Shown here piece by piece: positions 24,752 through 34,540 of a stretch of DNA of 64,000 nt. The stretch's first letter is position 1, and every line of letters starts with the position of its first letter. A model generated the notes under the pieces. It ran no database searches. It was not told the DNA's origin and worked only from the letters and a program-made list of their open reading frames with translations. This DNA comes from Strigamia acuminata (Eukaryota): NCBI GenBank assembly GCA_949358305.1, contig OX442314.1, forward strand, positions 2,542,001 through 2,606,000, given 5' to 3'. Position numbers and translations under genes: made by a program.

Positions 24752-26742
24752 TGTTGTTGGAAAATTTACTCCATTGGATCAAGCACCAAAGGTGCAATCC
24801 TACATTTCTGGCTCAAACTTAGAGGCATGAGGAAGTGGTTCGAGGGCGGGAGAATGAGGATGTTTAGGTTAGGTTAGGTTTAGGTTTAGGATAGGCAGCG
24901 CCATCTACTAACAAAATTGGCGAGTAAAAGTGGCCCATTTGGTCCGACGACAAAATGAACAAGATGGCGGTGAGTCATACTAGGTCGCGAGCAACCTTGG
25001 AGGGAAAAACGTCTTTTGACCTTTGACCTTGACCTTTGACCTTTGACCTTTTTAAGCGGCCCATTTGACCTTTGACCTTTGACCTTTGACCTTTGTGGTG
25101 GAAAATTTGACCTTTGACCTTTGACCTTTGAGGTGGAAAATTTGGCATCTGAAGGTGGAGAGTTTAACCATTGACCTGTATGACTCACTTCCTGTTTTGG
25201 AATTTTCTAGAATTTTTATTATCTCTTATTTCTTCCTGGATTGTCCTTGATTGGAATTTTCTAGAATTTTTATTATCTCTTATTTCTTCCTGGATTGTCC
25301 TTGATTGGAATTTTCTAGAATTTTTATTATCTCTTATTTCTTCCTGGATTGACCTGGATTGGAATTTTCTAGAATTTTTATTATCTCTTATTTCTTCCTG
25401 GATTGACCTTGTTTGGAATTTTCTAGAATGTTCTGTGATGACTCATCACTTCCGGTTTTGTGGGTATATAAGGAGTGACAAATCAGAATTTTTTCAGTTG
25501 ATCAACGACTTTGGACCCTGTCGGACTGGGGTACCTATGCCCAAATTTTTGATTTTTTTTTCAAAAAAACTTAGAAAATTTTGAAAAAAAAACTTAGAAC
25601 AATTTACAATAAAGCGATCTTAGGACAAGAAAGGACACAGATGGATTTCAGGAGCATAAAAAAATGATGCTTACCCTTCAATTTTTTTTTCACAAATGAA
25701 GAGATATTTAATTGCGTGATGTTATAAGGTACTAAACCGGTTCAAACTGGTTTCTAATTGAATTTTTTTAAAGGTCACATCACGGGTATATAATGAGTGA
25801 CAAATCAGAATTTTTTCAGTTGATCAACGACTTTGGACCCTGTCGGACTGGGGTACCTATGCCCAAATTTTTGATTTTTTTTCAAAAAAACTTAGAAAAT
25901 TTTGAAAAAAAACTTAGAACAATTTACAACAAAGCGATCTTAGAACAAGAAAGGACACAGATGGATTTCAGGAGCATAAAAAAATGATGCTTACCCTTCA
26001 ATTTTTTTTTCACAAATGAATAGATATTTAATTGCGTGATGTTATAAGGTACCAAACCGGTTCAAACTGGTTTCTAATTGAATTTTCTTAAAGGTCACAT
26101 CACGGGTATATAATGAGTGACAAATCAGAATTTTTTCAGTTGATCAACAACCTTGGACCCTGAAGGAGTGGGGGACCTATGCTCAAATTTTCAAAATTTT
26201 TCAAAAAAACTTACAAAAATTTTGAAAAAAAACTTTGAAAAATTTACAACAAAGCGATCTTAGGACAAGATAGGACCAGATAGGACAAGACAGGACAAGA
26301 AAAGGCAAGATAGGACAAGACAGGACAAGATAGGACAAGAAAAGGCAAGATACGACAAGACAGGACAAGAAAAGGCAAGACAGGACAAGACAGGACCAGA
26401 TAGGACCAGATAGGACAAGACAGGACAAGAAAAAGGCAAGACAGGACAAGACGGGACAAGAAAAGACAAGATAGGACAAGATTTTCAAGGTAAGCAAGAG
26501 TCAGAAGTGACTGAAGTGACGGAACTAATGATGTCGGCCTGTTTATGGCACGGCTGACTTAGCTCTGGCATTCAGTTGATGTGTGTTAATTGAGCAGTTG
26601 ATGATTTGTGGCTGCTGGTTGAATTGTTTGCACCCCCCCTCGAGTGGTGTTTGTTTGTTTGTTTGTTTGATCAGTCAGGCTAACAAAGTCGGCCTGTTTA
26701 TGGCACGGCTGGCTTAGCTCTGGCATCATGCTTAGTGTTTGT
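24752..26742. repeat. Polinton left TIR (about 2.0 kb, composite)
   Basis: Outer ~170 bp and inner ~600 bp are reverse complements of the right end; contains a TGACCTT array, 54-bp and ~320-bp tandem units, and a GGACAAGA microsatellite. Confidence 0.9.
25200..25500 (+). promoter_or_regulatory. Putative stress-inducible promoter: 5 HSEs, AP-1, ETS, TATA and Inr
   Basis: GAAttTTCtaGAA at 25200, 25254, 25308, 25362 and 25416; TGACTCA 25439; CACTTCCGG 25447; TATATAA 25465; TCAGTT with its A at 25496. Confidence 0.65.
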
Positions 26743-26806
26743 TTAATTTATTTTATTTCTTAAATTATTTTTATATAAAAAAATGAAATCCATTTAGATT
26801 CGCTCT

Positions 26807-29800
26807 GTGCTTAAGATGAATAGATACAAAGTCAAGAAATGTGTAGAGTTTTTAAAAGGAAAAAGAGAAAGTGGACAACTATCTAAGGATTTTAAGTTAC
26901 ACATCAAGTTGGAACAACTCTTGGCAAAATGCCGAGAATATGATGATTTTGTGAACATTGAGCCTCGGCCGTATTACCTTTTCAAAAATATCTTTGACGG
27001 ACAAGTGCTTGATTACATTGTCGAATTCGACGAAAGGATTTTTGACATAGAAGACGTGATGAAAGACGCTACTCCAAATATCCGTGCATTGGCAGCAGAA
27101 GTTGCAGCCAGCATGAATTCGTGCAAAGTGAGCGTTATGATGCTATTGAGATATCGGCATTCCCTGAGGACGACGACTGATCAACATTATTGGTACCGGG
27201 CCGATCCGTTCGTGATGCATTCGGACGATGTTGACCACATTCTGGATTCAGCTGCGAAACAACTGGCCATACAAAATGCCGAATTTGTCGAAACTCACGA
27301 CTATTTATATTACCTTTGTGTGGACGAGATTAAAATTGGTTTTGGTGCTTTACACCAGAAAGGTGGATGGTATAAAGATGTTCCGTCATTTCCGTTGAGT
27401 TTGAACAACGATTTACCGGCCGTCATTTGCAATAAGAAAGCCGTGTTAACATTTAAAATTGAGTTGCAAAAGTCTTTTGTTTGGGCCGTTCTTGCATCTT
27501 TACATCCTGTAGCCAATAATGCTGAACGCATAATTAATTACTTGAAGTATGAGCACGAATTGAACTTGCAAGGCTTTGAATTTCCGTTGACTTACAGAAA
27601 CGTAGAAAAATTCCAGTTGCAGAATCCCGATATCGAAGTGACTATTTATTTTTGGGACAGCAATCATGTGCAAAGATATGTGACCGTTCACAGAAACAGG
27701 AAACATCACGTCGATCTATTCTTCTACGGAAACAACTGCTACGGACATGTGAGGAATCTAAAACGTTTGCTCGGATATTTTCCGTGTCATTACTGCGACA
27801 ACCAATTCAAGAGCATTGTGGGTAGAGACAAACACTTGACAGTATTCCACTCCGTTCCCGAAGAAGAAGAATCGTCATATCAGGAACTGGATGAACATCT
27901 GCGCAGCAAAAAGGCAGTGGTAAATGTCCAGAACTCGGATCAGAAAAGTTTTTTGTGGTCCATATTGGCTGCCTTGTATCCGGCACCCGATAATGTATGC
28001 AGAACGGGTTATTACGTACAGTTTATGGACAAACTCAATCTCGAAGGGCTAGTTTTTCCTGTGGGGGCGAAAGAAGTGCTTACGTTCGAAAGACGAAATG
28101 AAAGTTTGAACATTAATGTATTTGCTTTGCTGCCCACGTCACGAATTGTTCCGATAAAAGTGAATATTCAGACGAACCGCCTTACCACTATTAACCTACT
28201 GAAGAAACGGAATCATTACATGTGGATCAAGGATTTCTCACGACTCATGAGCGTCAGCGATGGCAACAAGCGGTATTATTGCATGAATTGTATGAACGGG
28301 TATTCCAGCGCCAAAGTGCTAGTTAAACATAAACATTACTGCGGAAAAAACACTCCTTCCGCCACTAAATGTCCTAAAGAAGGAACAATCTGTACGTTCA
28401 AGAGTGAGAAAAAAAAATATCCTTTACCGTACGTTTGCTACGCTGATTTCGAAGCATTCTTAGTGCCTGAAGTGGAGACCGAACCCACTTTACATTCGGA
28501 CACCATTAATTCTCACGTTCCGTGTGGTTATTCTTTTAAAGTGGTGTGCACGGAGAACGAAGCTTATTCCAGACCGTTACAGCTGTACAGAGGTCCGGAT
28601 GCCGTCGATCATTTTTTGCAATCGTTGCGTGCAGAAATTAAAGCCGTGGTTTGTCAATTTTCCCAATTGGAAAGACAATTCGATACCAAAATGATGACTC
28701 CACTTGAATGGAACGCATTTAGAAATGCAACAACTTGTTTCTTATGCGATGGCGAGTTCTCCAAAGCTGAAGGATGGACTAAAGTCTTGGATCACAACCA
28801 TTTCACTGGAAAGTTTCGCGGAGCCGCACATGGCAAATGTAACCTCAACTACCATTGGCGGAGATCTGTGCCGGTAGTTTTCCATAATGGGAAAAGGTAT
28901 GATTTTCATTTAATATTCCCACATTTGACCGTCGAGACAGAAAAAGTGAACGTCATCGCCGAAAACTCGGAATTATACAAATCTTTCACGCTGAGAATCA
29001 ATACCAGCGATGATCCAAAAGTGCCCCGTAAAGTTACGTTAAAATTCTTGGATAGTTTCCAATTTCTCGCGAGCAGTTTATCCAATTTGGCTAAAAATTT
29101 AGAGAAGTCGCAGTTTGCTGTATTTCGAAGCGAGTTTAAGGGCGAGGAAATTGATTTTCTTTTGAGGAAAGGAGTATACCCGTACAAATATATGACTGGT
29201 TGGTCAAAATTTCTAGAAGATAAACTTCCGCCGATAGAAGAATTTGAGAACATATCCGCCGATGAATACCAATATGCTCAGTTAGTTTGGAATACGTTAG
29301 GGATTAAAAACATGGGCGAATATCACGATTTGTATCTGAAGACTGATACTCTGTTGTTGGCGGATATATTCGAGCAGTTTAGGAAAATGTGTTTGAATCA
29401 CTACAAGCTGGACCCCTGTCATTATATCACGTTTCCGAGTCTGTCTTGGGACGCAGCACTGCTCATCACCAAAGTTAAATTGGAGCTTCTGTCTGATCCA
29501 GATATGTACATGTTTGTCGAACAAGGAATAAGAGGCGGTGTTGCCACAATCAGTCAACGCTATGCCAAAGCTAATAACCCTCTTCTGGCATCGGGATACG
29601 ATTGTGAGAAACCAGAGAGTTACATCGTCTATTTGGATGCGAATTCCATGTATTCCTGGGCAATGAGCAAACCGTTACCCGTTGGCAACTTTGCCTTCGA
29701 CGATAATTTAGCCGAATGGACGCAAGAAAGGATTTTGAAAATGGGAGAGAACGATACGATGGGATGCATCTTGGAAGTGGATTTGGGATATCCGCAAGAA

Positions 29801-30829
29801 CTGCACTTGGCCCACAATTGTCTGCCTTTGGCTCCGGAAATGATACGTTCAGCGGACGACACTTGTCCCAGATTAATCCCGCATTTGCAAGGTCGTTGTA
29901 ATTACATTCTGCATTACAGAGCTCTGCAATTGTACTTGTCCCTGGGCATGACGTTGATGAAAATAAAAAAAGTGCTGACGTTTGAGCAAAAACCATGGCT
30001 GGCCAAGTATATCGAACTGAATATTGAGAAACGGAAGTCCGCTACCAGTGATTTTGAGCAGGAATTAGCGAAATTAGCTAACAATTCGGTCTTTGGAAAA
30101 ACCTTGCAGGACGTGAGGAAATATAGACAATTTTATCTGGTGAATAATCAGAAAGACTGGGATAAACACCTCAACCACGCCGGTTACAAAGGATATAAAG
30201 CCTTGAATAGTAATCTGATGTTGGTTGAACGTCGTAAGCTGGAATTGACGTTAGACAAACCTATTTACAGCGGATTAACTATCCTGGACTTGTCTAAATG
30301 CTTGCTATATGACTTTCATTACAACGTCATGAAAAAAAAATTCTCAGACAAGCTGAGATTGCTGATGACGGATACGGATAGTTTGATGTATGAAATAGAA
30401 GCTCCGTCGGTCTACTCGTTCTTCAGAGAAGAAATACCAGAAGTGATGGATCTGTCTAATTACGACCCACCTGATGGCAGAAACAGGCGTGTCATAGGAT
30501 GCTTCAAAGACGAGACTGCCGGCGAGCCGATAGAAGAGTTTGTAGGGCTAAGAGCCAAATGTTACGCTTATAACGTGAACGGGAAAACGAGCATGCGATG
30601 TAAAGGCATAAAGAAAGCCGTCGTGGAGCAAGAGCTGGACTTGGAGGCGTACAAGAAGATATTGTTCGGAGAACGGGAGGCCCACAGATTGAAATTTGAA
30701 ACGATCAAATCAAAACTGCACGTTCTCACAACGGTCGAGGTGGACAAATTGGCATTGTCAGCGAAAGACAAGAAGCGAGTGATATTAGATGATTGTATTC
30801 ATACCAAAGCTTATGGTTATGTTGAGTAA
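26807..30829 (+). CDS. pPolB: Protein-primed family B DNA polymerase (TP-like N-terminus, two vOTU-like domains, C2H2 fingers, exonuclease with EndoVII-like insert, polymerase); likely ATG at 26816
   Basis: Exonuclease motifs YADFEA, FHNGKRYD, YLKTD; polymerase motifs YLDANSMY, KLANNSVFGK, TDTDS; insert DHNHFTGKFRGAAHGKCN. Confidence 0.96.
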   Translation: MLKMNRYKVKKCVEFLKGKRESGQLSKDFKLHIKLEQLLAKCREYDDFVNIEPRPYYLFKNIFDGQVLDYIVEFDERIFDIEDVMKDATPNIRALAAEVAASMNSCKVSVMMLLRYRHSLRTTTDQHYWYRADPFVMHSDDVDHILDSAAKQLAIQNAEFVETHDYLYYLCVDEIKIGFGALHQKGGWYKDVPSFPLSLNNDLPAVICNKKAVLTFKIELQKSFVWAVLASLHPVANNAERIINYLKYEHELNLQGFEFPLTYRNVEKFQLQNPDIEVTIYFWDSNHVQRYVTVHRNRKHHVDLFFYGNNCYGHVRNLKRLLGYFPCHYCDNQFKSIVGRDKHLTVFHSVPEEEESSYQELDEHLRSKKAVVNVQNSDQKSFLWSILAALYPAPDNVCRTGYYVQFMDKLNLEGLVFPVGAKEVLTFERRNESLNINVFALLPTSRIVPIKVNIQTNRLTTINLLKKRNHYMWIKDFSRLMSVSDGNKRYYCMNCMNGYSSAKVLVKHKHYCGKNTPSATKCPKEGTICTFKSEKKKYPLPYVCYADFEAFLVPEVETEPTLHSDTINSHVPCGYSFKVVCTENEAYSRPLQLYRGPDAVDHFLQSLRAEIKAVVCQFSQLERQFDTKMMTPLEWNAFRNATTCFLCDGEFSKAEGWTKVLDHNHFTGKFRGAAHGKCNLNYHWRRSVPVVFHNGKRYDFHLIFPHLTVETEKVNVIAENSELYKSFTLRINTSDDPKVPRKVTLKFLDSFQFLASSLSNLAKNLEKSQFAVFRSEFKGEEIDFLLRKGVYPYKYMTGWSKFLEDKLPPIEEFENISADEYQYAQLVWNTLGIKNMGEYHDLYLKTDTLLLADIFEQFRKMCLNHYKLDPCHYITFPSLSWDAALLITKVKLELLSDPDMYMFVEQGIRGGVATISQRYAKANNPLLASGYDCEKPESYIVYLDANSMYSWAMSKPLPVGNFAFDDNLAEWTQERILKMGENDTMGCILEVDLGYPQELHLAHNCLPLAPEMIRSADDTCPRLIPHLQGRCNYILHYRALQLYLSLGMTLMKIKKVLTFEQKPWLAKYIELNIEKRKSATSDFEQELAKLANNSVFGKTLQDVRKYRQFYLVNNQKDWDKHLNHAGYKGYKALNSNLMLVERRKLELTLDKPIYSGLTILDLSKCLLYDFHYNVMKKKFSDKLRLLMTDTDSLMYEIEAPSVYSFFREEIPEVMDLSNYDPPDGRNRRVIGCFKDETAGEPIEEFVGLRAKCYAYNVNGKTSMRCKGIKKAVVEQELDLEAYKKILFGEREAHRLKFETIKSKLHVLTTVEVDKLALSAKDKKRVILDDCIHTKAYGYVE

Positions 30830-30833
30830 AATG

Positions 30834-32174
30834 TTAATCATTAAACAAATTAAAGTGAACAAACACTTGATACGTTAGTGGTATTTTACCAACTTCTTCT
30901 GCTTGCCCTATAACCAAGAGCGTTTCTCTAGCATTTATTTTTACCGGAGGTTCGCAAACATGATTCCAGAAAAACTTAGTGGCATCTGCAAGGAGGTCAA
31001 TGTCAGCAATCTCAACAAACTCAAAGTCATCCGCCAAAGAGAAATAACCAATTACTATGTTTCTAATGTGAACTTCTGGATATACTTCAGCTGAATGCAT
31101 GTTGTGCGACAAAACATTTATTTGTGTAATTTCACATCTTTTAAATGTTGTAAATTCTGATGTTTCTTTATCATCATAAGAGAAAGTTACTCCTCCTTTC
31201 TCGTTGACTGGTTGATAATTTTCAAATTTCACAATATATTTTTCAACTTGTCTGATGTGCTCTAGTTCTGCATTCACTTCATGCATTGCTGTAATTTGCA
31301 CATCATCTTGTAACCTCTGTTCATCCGCATTAATCTGTATTGTCTGTTTGATGTGTTCTATTTCTGTAGCCATTTCAATCTTATATGCATCTAGCATTGC
31401 TTTAACTTGCTCATCATCTTGTAAACTCTGTTTCTGCTCTGTTTCTGAGATTATTTTAGCCTTATATGTATCTAGCATTGCTTTAACTCGCTCATCATCT
31501 TGTAAACTCTGTTTAATATGTACGATTTCTGCAGCCATTTCGGCCTTATGTGTATCTAGCATTGCTTTAACTCGCTCATCATCCTGCAAACTCTGTTTGT
31601 TGTGCTCTATTTCCGCAATTATTTCAGCCTCATATGTTTCTATCATTGCTTTAACTCGCTCATCATCCTGTAAACTCTGTTTGATGCGTTCTATTTCTGC
31701 AGTCATTTCAGCCTTATGTGCATCTATGCTCGCTTGAATTTGCACATCATCCTGTAAACTCTGTTTGATGTGCTCTATTTCTGCAGTCATTTCAGCCTTA
31801 ATTTGTCCATCATCCTGTAAACTCTGTTTGATTTGCTCTATTTCGTCAGCTATTTCTGTCTTATGTGCATCTATGTTTGCTTTAACTCGCACATCGTGCT
31901 CTAAACTCTGTTTAATATGATCGTCAACTCGAGATTTCATATCATCCATAAGCGTAGCAGTGCCTGCAGCTGCCGGGTCTGGTATTCCGACGTTAAAATC
32001 TTTTTTTAGTTGAGCGATATCGTTTCTGTGGCCGAACACCATTCGCCTAATCTGCTCTTGTTCGTCATGCGTTAAATTACTTCCGTCTCGTTTGGCAATT
32101 TTGCGTGGGGTCAGTCCAAATCTATGCACTGGATTTAAGTGGAAGTCGTCTCTCGCCTTATTAATGCTCCCCAT
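30834..32174 (-). CDS. Coiled-coil repeat protein with a beta-rich C-terminal domain (fibre-like)
   Basis: ATG at 32174 after an A-run; seven 21-28-aa KQSLQDD repeats; C-terminal ~130 aa rich in V/I/F. Confidence 0.7.
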   Translation of the reverse strand: MGSINKARDDFHLNPVHRFGLTPRKIAKRDGSNLTHDEQEQIRRMVFGHRNDIAQLKKDFNVGIPDPAAAGTATLMDDMKSRVDDHIKQSLEHDVRVKANIDAHKTEIADEIEQIKQSLQDDGQIKAEMTAEIEHIKQSLQDDVQIQASIDAHKAEMTAEIERIKQSLQDDERVKAMIETYEAEIIAEIEHNKQSLQDDERVKAMLDTHKAEMAAEIVHIKQSLQDDERVKAMLDTYKAKIISETEQKQSLQDDEQVKAMLDAYKIEMATEIEHIKQTIQINADEQRLQDDVQITAMHEVNAELEHIRQVEKYIVKFENYQPVNEKGGVTFSYDDKETSEFTTFKRCEITQINVLSHNMHSAEVYPEVHIRNIVIGYFSLADDFEFVEIADIDLLADATKFFWNHVCEPPVKINARETLLVIGQAEEVGKIPLTYQVFVHFNLFND

Positions 32175-32520
32175 TTTTTTAATACGAACAAACACAAATG
32201 TCCGCACGTGACTTCGTCAAACGATTGATATTGATAAACGTTATATTTTATATTGTCTCCCAGGTAACGGTACAATTCAATAGGAGGTGGAAGATCGCCG
32301 AAACTATCAAAGTATAATTTATCTCGCTTATTTTTAGCGTACGCCACCCAATGGCTACCACTTTGCAGATGCTTATTCAAATTAACAATCCCACATTCGA
32401 AGGGTCTGGCTTTGACGGGCAACGTGTCTCTGGAGAACACGCCTCTGAAGAATGGAATATTCATTCGTCTAGCCAATTTGCCCAATTGCAGGGAATCCAG
32501 CGGTTGAATTATTGCCCCAT
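32135..32520 (-). CDS. Adenain-like cysteine protease 1; no in-frame ATG at the expected start
   Basis: FRGVFSRDTLP, GSHWVAY, YFDSFG, Q...CGHLC; H/D/Q/C all present. Confidence 0.92.
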
Positions 32521-32989
32521 CTTTCCCGCCGCCGACGAGCCGTACGGTTTCAAGTAGAAACCTTTTCCAGTTTTGCGAATCCGTAATTTTTTTTTTAACG
32601 ACTGTCGTAGACCTTTGCCTTCGGTGGCTAGATTGTGGCGCTTGGCTTCATCGACCATTTCCTTATTTGTTTTTGCCGAGTCTACGGCTTTAGCGATCCC
32701 TGCCGCACCTCCAGCCAGTCCACCCAATGCCCCCAATAATGGAAGCAGCAATGGAAAGAATCCACCAGTTTGTCTAACCTGTTTCGTAGGTATGCTTAAA
32801 GTCATTCCTTTCTTTTTAGAACCGGCTTTTTTGATCTTATTTATCTGTCTATCAGTAAGAGACAAGCCATGATTGCCGTTCAATTGTTTATACTTCAATC
32901 TTAAATGTAAGGGTATCCTTTTTTTTGATGGATTTGGATACCTTTCGTTGCTGATTGGGGGTTAACGCTACCTTATGTATTTTATACAT
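32509..32989 (-). CDS. Basic virion core/membrane-active-like protein; frame broken in an A8 run at 32919-32926
   Basis: MYKIHKVALTPNQQRKV from ATG 32989, continuing as LSLTDRQINKIKKA...TGGFFPLLLPLLGALGGLAGGAAGIAKAV; GG/GxG cleavage-like sites. Confidence 0.7.
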
Positions 32990-33008
32990 CTCTTATTTTT
33001 TTATAACT

Positions 33009-34331
33009 TTAATATAACACTTCGATTTTGCCTTTGTCCAATTTCATATTCATCAACCTGTCACCTATTATCAAAGCGTAGGCTTTAGTATTGGCCGGGA
33101 CTGCCGTTTCAAATTTCATTTTTATTTGCACGTCAATTATGCCGGTTTTCAACCTCTCGCTCTGTTTTGAGCAATCGATCACGATCAGCGGGTAAAGTTT
33201 CGCATAATCCCACGCGTTGAACATTATATCGGATGCGCCGTAATAATCTTTCCTAAATTGGATGCATGATTCCAGAAACCTACTGAAATTACTATTTTCA
33301 AAGTTCTCATTCGAGTCTAAATAGGGGTACCGCTCGGAGTTCAGGAACGCATGAACTTCGTTGACTTTAACGGTGTCGAATATCGCCGTATTTTTGGTTT
33401 GGTCGTTTCTTTTATCGGTCTGAAATCCGACGATGATGTACCGCGGTTTCTCGGAAGTGCTGGTGGTTACCACTCGCCAGGCATGCTCCGTGGTTTGGGG
33501 CAAGTCCGACATTTCGAACGACCAATGGCGGAACGCTAATGGAATATTCACGCCTCTATCCATGGCTGCGAGCAGTCGACTCTTTTGCACGTCGGATGGA
33601 ATCACGTGCGGCATTAACCAATATAGTTGTTGGAGAACTATTTTACCTTCGGGTATGGCTTGCGCGGCTCCAGCCACAGTTTTGGTCGCGGCTTTAAAAA
33701 TGGCATCATCGTTGTGCGTTCTCATCAAAGTTAAAACTTGTTTGGCTCCGTAAATGACTTTGTTATAGTCTTCAAAAAATCCCATCAGATGGGTCAGTGG
33801 CACTAACAACGAAAAGGTGCCGTGCTTTTTAGGCAGCAAGTTGTATAACCTGCGCCGTTCCTCAAATCCGGGATTGTCGAGATCCACTGATTTGCCGGAC
33901 TTGTGGTCGGGTAACCAGCCCATATTTTCGATCGCGTTTTGGTGATTGTGATACGTCAAAGCGCCTTTCATAGTGGTGGCATAGCCCGGGTAATTAATCT
34001 CGTCGATTAGTTTATCTCCGATGTGATATTTCAGGTTGCTGAAGAGAAAAGGCATGAAATTATTCACTAGCGTTGCCGCATCATCGGTGTCTTTTCCCTC
34101 CGACGCATATTCTGTTCCATCATTCTTTGTCAACTGCCCCGTTACGCATACGTAACTTTTATGGGGGTGTGTCCAGATATCTTCGTTCTGTATGATTAGG
34201 CGAATTTCAGAGTTCACATTATTCAAATTTGTCCCAATAATCGGGTGATACTCGTGGTATCTGTATGCATTTACGGATTCGTCGATGACGAACGGTTGTT
34301 CGACGTCTAAATAATTTTCAGCGACTTGCAT
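33009..34331 (-). CDS. Major capsid protein (PY, double jelly-roll)
   Basis: 440 aa; IRLIIQNEDIWTHPHKSY, LVNNFMPFLFS, EKPRYIIVGFQT, LNSERYPY, PLIVIDCSKQ; position in the morphogenetic cluster. Confidence 0.88.
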   Translation of the reverse strand: MQVAENYLDVEQPFVIDESVNAYRYHEYHPIIGTNLNNVNSEIRLIIQNEDIWTHPHKSYVCVTGQLTKNDGTEYASEGKDTDDAATLVNNFMPFLFSNLKYHIGDKLIDEINYPGYATTMKGALTYHNHQNAIENMGWLPDHKSGKSVDLDNPGFEERRRLYNLLPKKHGTFSLLVPLTHLMGFFEDYNKVIYGAKQVLTLMRTHNDDAIFKAATKTVAGAAQAIPEGKIVLQQLYWLMPHVIPSDVQKSRLLAAMDRGVNIPLAFRHWSFEMSDLPQTTEHAWRVVTTSTSEKPRYIIVGFQTDKRNDQTKNTAIFDTVKVNEVHAFLNSERYPYLDSNENFENSNFSRFLESCIQFRKDYYGASDIMFNAWDYAKLYPLIVIDCSKQSERLKTGIIDVQIKMKFETAVPANTKAYALIIGDRLMNMKLDKGKIEVLY

Positions 34332-34377
34332 AGTTGCTATTTTTTAATTACGTAATATATATATATATATTTTTTTT

Positions 34378-34530
34378 AAAAAGAGTTTATGTAATCTCGG
34401 TTATCGGCACGAAGCGAAGCTACTTTCATTTCCACATTGCCACCGCCTCTCATAGCCTGTTCTATTGTAGGGTTCTCTTTCGTGACGACATAATGCGTCG
34501 TAATATTTTTTTTCTTAAATATAATCGGCA
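34378..34530 (-). CDS. Small (~50 aa) ORF between penton and MCP, broken in an A7 run
   Basis: MPIIFKKK, then in the -1 frame NITTHYVV...AMRGGGNVEM...NRDYINSF*; MRGG/G fits an adenain consensus. Confidence 0.4.
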
Positions 34531-34540
34531 TCTTATTTTT

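Noticed and set aside
24863..24890. True telomere or chromosome fusion point
   Set aside because: Only about five units, mirrored in both TIRs of an element with an intact TSD
25171..26497. Repetitive ORFs and regularly spaced repeats resembling a CRISPR array
   Set aside because: Head-to-tail TIR repeats with no unique spacers and no cas genes; eukaryotic context
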